Positions 1 through 10,956 of a stretch of 64,000 nt of DNA are shown here, in pieces (the stretch's first letter is position 1; every line of letters begins with the position of its first letter). Under the pieces are notes generated by a model. It ran no database searches. It had not been told where the DNA came from and saw only the letters and a program-made list of their open reading frames with translations. This stretch comes from Azolla caroliniana (taxonomy: Eukaryota; Plantae; Polypodiophyta). A program made the translations under genes and the position numbers. The DNA lies in assembly GCA_043228905.1 (NCBI GenBank), contig JBHGNT010000008.1, positions 5,456,001 to 5,520,000 of the forward strand, read 5' to 3'.

Positions 1-97
1 TCATGTGACACAGCCTTTTGTGCCACACCTCACCAGCAGTGTCGGATGCCACGTTCACTTCCTCCGGACATAACCGGGCATTCATCAGGTACAACGT

Positions 98-1074
98 TGT
101 CGTGAAGATCCGTCACTATGCGCGGATCGTGAGGCGGAACCGCCGGGGTTCTGGACCAGAAGGATTTAGAGTCGTTTGGCGAGAAAGTACTTAAGAAAGA
201 TTGGGAAAGAGAGAAGATGAGATTACACGATTGCTTTGATAACGAATTTCTTCTTCTTAATTTTCATAAAAAAAAAACATGTTTTTCTCCTCCCCCTTCC
301 CTCTTTTATAGATGCTCTCATGCATATGATGCATGTGAGGGTACAAGACATGCATAAATTGCATGTTTGCCATTTGGCGCTTAAGTATTACATGTGGTGC
401 ATGCTAACCATGTCACTTATTTTAGCACTCATGGATGAGAATTTACATGTAAAAGTACAATGATAGAAATATAATTTCAACTAAATATTATGGCTTAATG
501 GTAAGCCATTTGACTCCTAACTTGGAGGTGCAAGGTTCGAATCCATACTTGCCCTCCTTGTATATGTATATATTTTTATATATTTATTTTATCTAGTCGT
601 CGGTTCGCCGGATATCCAACGCCGGATACCGGTGCCGCCGCCGGATGCCGACGCCGGGTACCGGTGCCGCGCCGGACGCCGGCTCCATCGCCGGTCCGGT
701 TTTGGTTGGCCAAAACCCTTTACGAGTAGCTAGCCACCTCTACTCTAAGTTCAAGTTACCCTTGAACTCTCTATGCTCCACACATAGACACAAAGATAAT
801 ATCTTTTGCTCCTCCTTATATATGATGAGAGCCGTATTTGTCGTGCCTATGTGGGATATCTCACAATTTTCTCTTTTCTTTTCACAAACTTTATACCCTC
901 ATATCTTGACATTTAGTTGTCCATTTCTCGTGTAATAAAGTGCATTCGAAACCTCCATCATTTTGTACTTAGATATTAAAAATGTTATCTTCACAATTAT
1001 TGTATTACATGATTCATACTCGATTTTGTACGTTTTATGGGATTTTCACACTATTGCCGAAAATCTTCACGACA
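98..1074 (-). repeat. 3' LTR of element A (977 bp)
   Basis: Direct repeat of 12689-13626; differs mainly by indels in the CCGG-rich core (about 605-680) and a few substitutions. Candidate minus-strand TATA (TATATAAGG) at 814-822. Confidence 0.96.
484..577 (+). promoter_or_regulatory. tRNA-derived Pol III promoter cassette inside the 3' LTR of element A
   Basis: A-box TGGCTTAATGG 491-501; D-arm-like hairpin ATGGCTT/AAGCCAT; anticodon-loop-like CTCCTAA; B-box GGTTCGAATCC 534-544 at tRNA spacing (43 nt); T5 run near 573-577. Confidence 0.7.
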
Positions 1075-1146
1075 TCCACCCCCACCAAACCGCACGTCCT
1101 CCGGTACGTGCCAGGAAGAGAAGAAGTGAGATTTCGGCTACGATGA

Positions 1147-1824
1147 TCAATTAGATTCCTCCATGTCTTCATTTTCATCCGGCCTATTATGTTCATCGTC
1201 GAGGTAATCGAGGTCAGGATCCTTGTCTTGTCTTTTCTTGAAAAGCTTTACTCTTTTTCCCGCAATGGGTACGGCCAACCTTGATCCGTCTAGTTCCGCA
1301 AGGTGGTATGTGGCATTATCGTTGGCACTTGTCACCACATACGGCCCGAACCACCTTCTTGCGAACTTCCTTGTTGTACTATGTTGATTGTCAAGGGTGC
1401 TGTCGTAGACCAAAACCCAATCCCCTTCTTCAATCTTCTTGGGACGAAGTCGATGCGTGTTGTCGAACCAAACTTTGTTCTTTACTCGGGCTGCCTTCAT
1501 CATCTTTTGCGCTTTTTCTAAATCTTCAGGTCTTCTTTCAAGTTGCCTTATCCGCGCCGCTAATAACTCTTCTCGGCTCATCTCGTTCCCCCACGGTGTC
1601 GCTACCCATGAGGCGATCGTCCTTTCGATGGGCATAATCGGCTTTTGTCCATACATAAGCTCCGTCGGCATATACCCTGTCACCGAGCTATGTGTCGTTC
1701 TATCGGCCCACAAGGCATAGGGTAATAGTCGTGGCCAATTCCCGACTCGACCGTTGCATGCCCGTACGATGGCTTTAACGATAGGTCCATGCCCTCGCTC
1801 GATCTTCCCATTTGCTTCCGGATT
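1147..1824 (-). pseudogene. C-terminal part of element A integrase, cut off by element B
   Basis: Removing B and one TSD copy gives in-frame TTAY|NPEANGKIERGHG...WADRTT...WFGPYVV (catalytic Glu region and GPY/F motif). Confidence 0.92.
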
Positions 1825-1829
1825 ATAGG

Positions 1830-2119
1830 TGTCATAACTAGACTCGAACCCATAACCTTTTGTTACACGGGTCGAGACTTTACCATTAGGTTATGAGTTG
1901 TAATTTGAAGGATATTATTTTCATTTAGGTTTTATTAGGAAATTGATGTATATTCCAGATTTCTCTGGAACATTCTAGAAACTTCAGGAGTATTCCTGAA
2001 GACACTATAAAAGGAGGCGCAAGGCATTAGTTCGAACCAAATCGGTTCAACGCCAGTCTTAAGCCTTCTAACTACTGTTGTATATCTTCCGTCATATAAT
2101 ACATATATCTTTCGCATCA

Positions 2120-2173
<54 letters not shown>

Positions 2174-2306
2174 ACTCATTCCTTCTCTCAAAGTTCGACA
2201 CCTCTCATAGTACTAATCCTTCTCTGTCTTAGTACTATTCCCCAACAATAGTACTAATCCTTCTTTTAGTACTAATTCCTTCTCTGCCTTAATAGAGTTC
2301 CTGACA
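1830..2306 (+). repeat. 5' LTR of element B (477 bp)
   Basis: Direct repeat of 7141-7615; TATAAAA at 2006-2012; (CT)n tract about 2125-2169. Confidence 0.97.
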
Positions 2307-2308
2307 GT

Positions 2309-2320
2309 TTGAACCGATTT
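2309..2320 (+). promoter_or_regulatory. Self-priming-type primer binding site of element B
   Basis: No TGG tRNA PBS after the LTR; TTGAACCGATTT is the exact reverse complement of LTR 2039-2050 (AAATCGGTTCAA), about 30 nt downstream of the TATA box. Confidence 0.8.
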
Positions 2321-2393
2321 CCCTACTAGTCTCCCTCTTCCTTCTGTCTCTCTCCTTTCCTACTAGTCTCTTATTTCCCTTTTCCTTCATCCC

Positions 2394-3563
2394 ATGGCCA
2401 CCGTTAGCGCTGAAGAGTATCAATCCGTTTTCTCGGAATTTCAATGCTTGAAAGAGAAGTTTCATGCTTTGGAACAAGAAAATCAACGCTTGTTGGGGGA
2501 TCTTCAGCAAATTTCCTTAGAAAAGCAGCAAACGCAACAACAGCATGGGGAACTTGCGTTACACGTGCAACAACTCGAAGCAACCATCGTAGCAATGCAA
2601 CAACAAGGGCACGGAGCACAAGGGATTCATAAAGAACCCAAGATTGGCCTTCCCACGAAGTTCGATGGAACGCGATCGCAGTTTAGAGGGTTTCTTAACC
2701 AGGTACGGTTAGTTATTCAAATGCATCCGTCCCGATATCCCACCGATGCATCACGAGTGGGTTTAGTAGGCACGTTGTTAAATGGCTCAGCATTAGCATG
2801 GTTCGCTCCGCTACTAGAAAAGGAATCTCCAGTACTAAATAATTTTGAAGAATTCATAAGTGAGTTTAAAGCATGTTTTGGAGATACTGACAGCATAAGG
2901 ACTGCAATCAACAAAATCCGGCGATTACGCCAAGGTGACCGTCCAGCCTCCGCATATGCTGCAGATTTCCGCCTACTCGCCGCCGATATCCCCTGGGATG
3001 ATCAAGCATTGATGGAGCAGTTCCGCTATGGTCTACGCAACGATGTCAAGGATTTACTCTTGACTTTCCCTGAAGAGCCAAAATCATTAACAGAAGCAAT
3101 CAGTCGAGCGGTCAGATGTGACAACCGCCTCTTCGAGCGACGTTCGGAACGACAATTTCAGATGCCGAGGGCAAGATCCGAGCCTACCTATGCCTCAATG
3201 GTAGCGAAACCTTTTCAAAGGGAGTCACATAATGCGCCTCCAGTAAGTACTCCAACTCCAATGGAAATTGACACTACACGTCGTCGTGGGCCGCTATCGG
3301 AGGAGGAAAAGCAACGACGCCGAACAAACCGATTATGCCTTTATTGCGGTGGACCAGGGCATATCGCGATAAACTGTCCCCATAGACCAAGAAGGCAGGT
3401 AAACCAAGTCATTGTTAGTTCTGACTATACTAAACCCGAGTCTATGTCAGTAGGAATCTCTGATAATCCTCATAGTCATAATAGTCCTAATAGTACTAAT
3501 AGTCCGAATCTCGCAAACAAATTTGATGTCCTTAGCCAATTAGAAGAAGAGTTAAACGACTAA
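2394..3563 (+). CDS. gag: Gag of element B (retrotransposon capsid plus CCHC zinc knuckle)
   Basis: 389-aa ORF; LRQG...YAADF major-homology-like motif, PTPMEID, CLYCGGPGHIAINC. Confidence 0.95.
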   Translation: MATVSAEEYQSVFSEFQCLKEKFHALEQENQRLLGDLQQISLEKQQTQQQHGELALHVQQLEATIVAMQQQGHGAQGIHKEPKIGLPTKFDGTRSQFRGFLNQVRLVIQMHPSRYPTDASRVGLVGTLLNGSALAWFAPLLEKESPVLNNFEEFISEFKACFGDTDSIRTAINKIRRLRQGDRPASAYAADFRLLAADIPWDDQALMEQFRYGLRNDVKDLLLTFPEEPKSLTEAISRAVRCDNRLFERRSERQFQMPRARSEPTYASMVAKPFQRESHNAPPVSTPTPMEIDTTRRRGPLSEEEKQRRRTNRLCLYCGGPGHIAINCPHRPRRQVNQVIVSSDYTKPESMSVGISDNPHSHNSPNSTNSPNLANKFDVLSQLEEELND

Positions 3564-6500
3564 GTCCAGCCAAAATAGGAGCCGTTTGGTTGGACAGCCC
3601 TAGATCTGTGCAGCCCATTAGTGGTTCCATTCCCTCTAAGCAAGTTAGTGATGTGTTCGTAGTCCAAGTAGCAGTTAGTACTAAAAGTACCCCTCCAGTA
3701 CATACCTTAGCCCTTCTAGATTCCGGAGCTAATTCTTGCTTCATGGATAGGAATTTTGCCCGAGCTCATCAGATATCTCTCAGAAAGCTCCCATGTCCAG
3801 CCTCAGTAGTAGTCATTGATGGTCGTCCCATTGCTTCTGGTAATATCATAGAAGAGTCGGAACCCGTTAATATTGTCCTAGATAACTTAACATGTGTAGT
3901 ATCATTTAATATTATTAGTATTCCAGAACATCCCATAGTTTTAGGATTACCATGGTTCGAGTTACATGACCCAGACATAGATTGGAGGACAAGGGAAATC
4001 CGGTTGCGACAAACCCAAGGATCTACCCAGAAGGTTGCAACCATTTCGCTACGTCAGTTGCGTGAGGAAGGGCGCAAGGAGGAAATGTTTCTCTTTGCAA
4101 TATCAGTACAACCCTCCAGCATCACCAAAGAGGAGTCCACCGTTCAACTTCCCGAGAAGTATCGTCAGTATGCTGATGTGTTCGATAAAGTACAAGCCAA
4201 CACACTTCCTCATCATCGGCCGTACGACTGCGCCATCGACTTACAACCGGGAAAAGAGCCGCCATGGGGGCCGATCTACAATTTGTCACCAACTGAGCTA
4301 GAAGTCCTTCGAGCCTATATAGAGGAGAATTTGGAGAACGGTTTCATTCGGCATTCGAAATCTCCAGCCGGCGCACCCATTTTCTTCGTCAAGAAAAAAG
4401 ATGGCTCGCTTCGACTCGTTGTAGATTACCGTGGCTTGAATAAGGTCACAGTAAGAAATAGGTATGCTCTTCCCCTTATCTCAAGTCTTTTAGAACGGAT
4501 CAACGGTGCCAGGTTCTTCACGAAGATCGACTTACGAGGAGCCTATAACCTCGTACGGATCCGACCAGGAGATGAATGGAAGACCGCGTTTCGCACCAGA
4601 TATGGGCACTTCGAGTATACGGTCATGCCGTTCGGACTCACTAATGCGCCGGCAGTCTTCCAGCACATGGCGAATGATATATTTCGAGACCTCTTGGATG
4701 ATTTTTTGATCATCTATTTAGATGATCTACTGGTTTATTCAAAGACCCAAGAAGAACATGATTCTCATGTACTATTAGTACTAAAACGACTTCGAGAACA
4801 TGGTCTGTATGCAAAGTTAGAGAAATGTAGTTTCGGGTGCAACCAAGTGGAGTTTCTCGGCTATGTCATCTCCTCAGAAGGCATATCTATGGACCCAGCC
4901 AAGGTCAAAACGGTGATAGAATGGCACACTCCGCGTTCGGTGCGGGATGTGCAATGCTTCCTAGGCTTTGCAAATTTCTACCGGAAGTTCATACAAAATT
5001 ACTCAAAAATTGTGCTGCCTCTCACACAGCTCACCAGGAAGGGACAATCATTCATTTGGTCTAAAGAGACGGACATGGCTTTCGAGAGTCTTAAGAAGGC
5101 GTTTACATCAGCTCCAATTTTAGGTCATGTGGATCCGGAAAAAACCATTCATTATCGAAGCTGATGCATCGGATTTCGCATTGGGGAGCATTCTGTCACA
5201 ACAGGGTAACGACGAGAAGCTACATCCTGTGGCTTTCCACTCCCGTAAGTTTGACGCCGCCGAAATCAACTACGAAATTCATGATAAAGAGCTATTAGCA
5301 ATAGTTGATTCTTTTATGCAATGGAGGCATTTCCTGGAGGGATCTCCTCATCAGGTCACTGTATTCAGTGACCACAAGAACCTTGCCTACTTTCAAGATG
5401 CTCGTGTACTGAATCGACGTCAAGCTCGGTGGGCCCATTTCCTCACACGCTTCGACTTCAAAATTACATATCGTCCGGGGAAGCACCAAGGGAAAGCAGA
5501 TGCATTATCACGGCGTTCGTATCTAACACCACGTCCCGGTGAGCCAGCTTTCGATAACCAGAAGCAAGTAATCTTGGGTCCAGCACGACTGCAAGCAGCA
5601 CAGATCTTTGACATGCCCGTGGATTCCGACATTACCAATACTATACGTGAGGACTTGAAGACTGACGCTTTCGCCCAAGCTATACTAGCACAAATTGACC
5701 CCTCTCGAGCGTCATGTTCACAATCACAATCACCAGGTACGGATTATCGGCAATTCAAATACTGTGATGGATTACTCTTCTTTAAAGAACTTTTGTATGT
5801 TCCTAATGGTTCTTGCCGCCTTCGAGTAGTACAAAACTGCCATGACACATATACAGCAGGACATTTTGGTAGTACTAAAACATTAGATTTAGTACAACGA
5901 TCATTCTGGTGGCCCCGTATGCGACAATTTGTCGAAGATTTTGTTCGGACTTGCGATACATGCTGCAGAGCGAAAATGCCAAGACATCATCCATATGGTT
6001 TATTAGAACCATTACCAATTCCAAGCAAGCCATGGCAATCCATTGCTCTTGACTTCATTACAGATCTTCCAGTCTCTAAGGGATTCAGTGCGATTCTCAC
6101 AGTGGTGGATCGATATACGAAGATGGCTCATTTCTTACCATGTACTAAAGAAATATCTAGTGAAGACACCGCCGAAATTGTCATGCGGGAAGTATGTCGG
6201 CATCATGGACTCCCTGATAATATCATCAGCGATCGTGGACCCCAGTTTGTGTCAAAATTCTGGAAGCACCTTTTTAAAATGCTAAAGGTCACTTGTAACC
6301 TCTCCTCCGGCTACCACCCACAAACCGACGGTCAAGCCGAACGAACAAATCAAACACTGGAGCAGTATCTGCGGTGCTTTCTCAACTATCATCAGAATGA
6401 CTGGGCAGATATTCTTCCGTTCGCCGAATTTGCCTATAATAACGCTATCCACGCATCGACTAAAGTCACGCCATTCTACGCTTATACGGGATATCATCCC

Positions 6501-7148
6501 CGGTGGTGTGTCCTTGAAACCCCAGAAGTGTCCACAAATCCTTGCGCGGAGGATCGTTTGGAGCGGTTACGAAAGATACAAGCGGATTTATCTACTCAAC
6601 TCCAGCAAGCTCAACAATCACACAAGGACTACGCAGATCGTCATCGACTTCCATCCAGTTTTAACATTGGAGATCGGGTGTGGCTGCTACGACGACACAT
6701 CAAGACTACTCGCCCATGTGAGAAGTTGGATTATCGACGATTAGGTCCTTTCCGTATTATCGGGAAGATTAATGATGTCGCTTTTCGTCTCGAGCTACCT
6801 CCGCAACTTCGGATACACCCGGTGTTTCATAGTTCTCTCCTCGAACCCTATCACGAGAGCACTATCCCAGGACGTACTATACAACCTCCACCTCCTATCG
6901 AGCTCGAAGATGGACCTGAGTATGAGGTCGCTGCCATCCTCGATTCCAAGATTGTTCGCAACAAGCTCTACTATCTAGTCGATTGGCTAGGATATAGTCC
7001 CAGCGAGCGTACTTGGGAACCGATCGAGAATGTGACCAATGCTCGTGCTCTTCTAGAAGACTTCCATCGACGATATCCCGAGAAACCGGGTCCTCAATCC
7101 AAAACGACTCGTGAAACTCGTCGTTTTAAAGGGGGGATAGTGTCATAA
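3536..7148 (+). CDS. pol: Pol of element B (PR-RT-RNaseH-INT-chromodomain), -1 frame relative to gag, with one internal +1 frameshift at the A6 run 5139-5144
   Basis: LLDSGA protease; YLDD RT; ADASDFALG RNase H; HHCC zinc finger; SDRG and QTDGQAER integrase; YEVAAILD...YYLVDWLGY...TWEP chromodomain. Confidence 0.93.
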
Positions 7149-7430
7149 CTAGACTCGAACCCATAACCTTTTGTTACACGGGTCGAGACTTTACCATTAG
7201 GTTATGAGTTGTAATTTGAAGGATATTATTTTCATTTAGGTTTTATTAGGAAATTGATGTATATTCCAGATTTCTCTGGAACATTCTAGAAACTTCAGGA
7301 GTATTCCTGAAGACACTATAAAAGGAGGCGCAAGGCATTAGTTCGAACCAAATCGGTTCAACGCCAGTCTTAAGCCTTCTAACTACTGTTGTATATCTTC
7401 CGTCATATAATACATATATCTTTCGCATCA

Positions 7431-7478
<48 letters not shown>

Positions 7479-7615
7479 ACTCACTCATTCCTTCTCTCAA
7501 AGTTCGACACCTCTCATAGTACTAATCCTTCTCTGTCTTAGTACTATTCCCCAACAATAGTACTAATCCTTCTTTTAGTACTAATTCCTTCTCTGCCTTA
7601 ATAGAGTTCCTGACA
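7141..7615 (+). repeat. 3' LTR of element B (475 bp)
   Basis: Direct repeat of 1830-2306. Confidence 0.97.
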
Positions 7616-10432
7616 ATAGGCAGTCGTGAGGGAGAGCTTCACGCCTAGTCTTTCGAAGAGCTCCGTCGCTTCGTGCGCGTCCAACTCCCCTCGGTCGGCC
7701 ACTATCTTCCCTACACATCCATATCGGCAAACAACATCTTCAAGTAGAAATTTGCAAACGGATGAAGTCGTCTTGTTTGTCAAGGCTCGTCCTTCCACTT
7801 GATTTGTCAAGTCTTCCCTTGCTAGCGCTAGGTACTTCATTTGTCCCACTCCCATTGGCATCGAGACCAGATCCACCATCCATTTGAAGTGTATGGTGAG
7901 TGGGTATGTCGGCGTTAACTCATCACGATGACGTATATTTGAATATACTTGGCAAGTTTCGCATGTGGACACGAAATGAAGTACATCTTTGTACATGCTT
8001 GGCCACCAGTACTTCTCCTTCAACTTTTCGAACGTCGCCCATGTTCCTCTATGACCTGCCCAAGCACTCTCGTGGAATTCGGTCATCAGTGTCTCTTGCT
8101 CTTCTTTCTTTACCACCACTCGTCGTGGTATTCCTGTCCTTCTTTTTGGATGTCGCCAAAGGAATCCTCCCTTCAAGAAGTATTGGTAAGCTTTCTTTCG
8201 GATTCGTAAGGCCTCCTCCTTTGTCAACGAGGCATCTGTCGTCAATGTTCTTAGGAATCTACCGATGAGTAACCACTCTCCTTCGTACTCGTTCTCGTTG
8301 AAGGCGTGGAGGGTTTGCGTGTCCTGGTCTTCCGCCGACAATCGAGCCATCTTGAAGAAGTCGAGGGCGACATCTTCATCTTCCGAAACCATGTTACTTC
8401 CGTTTGAAAATCTTGCCCTCGACAGCATGTCAGCCATGGCGTTCTTCTTCCCTGCAATGTGACGGATCTCTAGGTTTAAAGACTTGATGTAGGCGATCCA
8501 CCTTAGCATAGCAAGATCTGGGGTCGCACATCCCGAGACCATTCCGAGAATTGGGAGACAATCTGTCTTTATTATCACTTCTGACCCGATCAGGTAATCT
8601 TTGTCCGTCTTCACTGCCGACACAATACCCCAAAGTTCTCGCTTGACTTGGGCATATCTTTGTTGCCGTTCGCTGAGAACCTTTGCTCCGAACCGGACGG
8701 CATATCGCGCATTATCTTCACCTTCTTGATTGATGACCCACCCGATTCCGGTTGGGCTCGTATCTACGGTCACGTAAATTGGTTTCCCTTCGGCATAGTC
8801 GGCCTTCCTTAGTGCCGGAGCTTCAAGAAGCAGTTTCTTTAATCTTCGCATCGCCTCTGTGTGCTCGTCTCGCCATTCGAACTTTATTCTTTTCTTTAGT
8901 AGTCCATATAACGGTTCAGCGACATGAGCGTAGTGAGGAATCCATATATGATAAAACGCGCACGCTCCAAGGAACCTTCGAACCTCCGTTTGGTTTTCGC
9001 ATTCTTCTTTCATGTCTTGGATTGCGTTCACTTTGGATGGCGAGGGCTTCCGGCCGTATGCTCCACACAAGTGACCTACCACCAAGATCTCCGGTTGCCC
9101 GAATGCGGATTTTTCTCCCGAAAATGTCAAATTCGCATCTTCGAGCCTTTGAAGCACCTTCTCGCAATCTTTCATATGATCCGCAACGAACTTTCTACAA
9201 CCTTCCTTATCTTTCGATTCATCTTTCTCCTCATCCGAACATCCTTTTATCGGAATATCATCCAAGAATGGCATCGTGATGTCCGGAATGCAATCCTTCA
9301 AGACTTTATTCATGGCATTCACCATATGAGCCACCGAGTTCGTTGCGCCTTGGGGTAAGGTACACATCCGCACAAGCCCGATCGGAGTCCTCATGGTTGT
9401 AATGTCCCGACTGTCGATCGCCAACTGGAATTGGTCATATCCGGAGTAGAGATCGCCAATGGAGTAGATGGACCGGCCCGCAAACGCTTCGGCAAATTCG
9501 TCCACGCTCGGACCGATTCCGGCATTTCGAATTGTCACCTTGTTGACGGGTTGAAGATCTTGGATGAATCGCAATGATCCATTCTTTTTCGGCACCGTGA
9601 ACCACCTATTGGAATAAGGAGCATTCGACGGTTCTAGAATTCCCATACTCACCTTCTCCTTTAAGAGCTCGATCAGCTTCGGAAGGTGTGCTCTCGGAAC
9701 CGGTATCGGTTTCAAATTCCAAGGCACATGAGGCACCGTGAAGATCACCATTGGCTCTATAACCTTTGGGTCGGCGCATCCGATTTCTCGTGGGAAGAAT
9801 GCGAAAGCCTTCCCATGTCTCTCAAGCATGTCGCGAAACATTCGGTCCTCTTCAGGGAGAAGGAAATCCTCCTTTCCAACTCGTAGCTTCCCCTTCGTCT
9901 CTTTGGTGAAGTCATGACCTATCTTCTTCGGATCTCTTAAGCTTGGATCTTTAGCGACTTCCTTCATCTTTTGCCAGCTATCTTCCGGTAGCGGAACCGC
10001 AACTGGCTTGATCTTCTTATCCACCGTTTTATATTTCGTGTTGATGTCAGCTTCCTTCATCGAGATGCCACGACGGTATTCATCGATGATAGCGTACATG
10101 TTGACGGAGTTAACCGAAATCACGCGTTGGTTGTGAAGATAGCTCAAGTCCACGACGTCCTCGATTTCGCCGATGGTGTCGTTAAATGAGGCTTCTTCCA
10201 TAATATGAGTCACGAACTCTCCTTCTTCTATTATGTTCTCTTCTTTCAGCATCTTCTCGAATTCTTGTATCCGGTGCTTGTGCTTCTTGTCGGGTAGTAC
10301 AAGTTTACATGCGCCACTAGGTGTGACACATATTGCTTCTCCTTGCAATCCACGCGCTCTTCTTTCTTGTGGGGTCTTGTGATTGCTCGGACTATTTGTG
10401 CCCCATGCTTCAATAGTCCGCTCTAAAAATCC
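7616..10432 (-). CDS. pol: Pol of element A (RT, RNase H, integrase N-terminal part), entered by a predicted -1 frameshift
   Basis: Frame open from the slip site (GFLERTIEAW...) through DLYSGYDQF, LPQGATNS, PFLDDI (RT), VDTSPTGIG (RNase H), H..AGH..CETC zinc finger and ADRGE. Confidence 0.93.
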
Positions 10433-10956
10433 GAGGATTCGCCTCCGAGACTATCTCGATTCCTTTCATGATTGGCTCGCACTGTTAGGAATTGGACCAA
10501 TCTTTGGTTGTCAAGACTCTTTATTCGTGCGAAGGCTGCTCCATTATCGAACACTTTGGTCTCCATCCGAGATGATGTGATATAAGGTTGCCCTAGGATG
10601 ACAGGATGCGACGCCGATTCTTGTACGAAGAAGTGTTGATCCATCTCCACATCCCCAATCGTGACTTTGACATTGGGACAAGCTCCGTACAAGTCCTCCG
10701 TAGACTTTGTTGCCGCGCGAATCTTCCATCCGTGGTTTGTATTGATTGGCCATCTTCCCTTTTTGTAGAAGTCGGTTGACATGAGGTTGATCTCCGAGCC
10801 GTGGTCGATCAAGGCTACGACGGTCTCTTTCTTCTCCCCGATCTTCACCGGCGTCTCCGTTGTCGCTCGTGCCCAATGAGGTCGAGTGTAGTGGCTGTCC
10901 ACCATATCTTCATCGATTTCGTCTCTTGCCATCGTTATGGCATTCGTTTTTGCTTT
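10423..10956 (-). CDS. Aspartic protease region of element A, same frame as gag beyond a single TAG
   Basis: ALIDHGSEINL active site and VILGQP motif; in frame with gag. Confidence 0.88.
   Translation of the reverse strand, partial: KAKTNAITMARDEIDEDMVDSHYTRPHWARATTETPVKIGEKKETVVALIDHGSEINLMSTDFYKKGRWPINTNHGWKIRAATKSTEDLYGACPNVKVTIGDVEMDQHFFVQESASHPVILGQPYITSSRMETKVFDNGAAFARIKSLDNQRLVQFLTVRANHERNRDSLGGESSDF

Larger units (their letters stand above)
1830..7615 (+). mobile_element. Element B: very young Ty3/Gypsy chromovirus (Tcn1/Tf1-like)
   Basis: LTRs 1830-2306 and 7141-7615 (TGTCA...TGACA) look identical except for the CT/CTCA microsatellite; 5-bp TSD ATAGG (1825-1829, 7616-7620); PPT AAAGGGGGGATAG 7128-7140; integrase ends in a chromodomain. 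Confidence 0.97.

Noticed and set aside
484-556. Functional tRNA-Arg(CCT) gene
   Set aside because: Acceptor, anticodon and T stems do not pair properly; kept only as a tRNA-derived promoter cassette.
1935-2171. RERERE ORFs (also 7246-7476)
   Set aside because: Antisense translation of the LTR (CT)n microsatellite.
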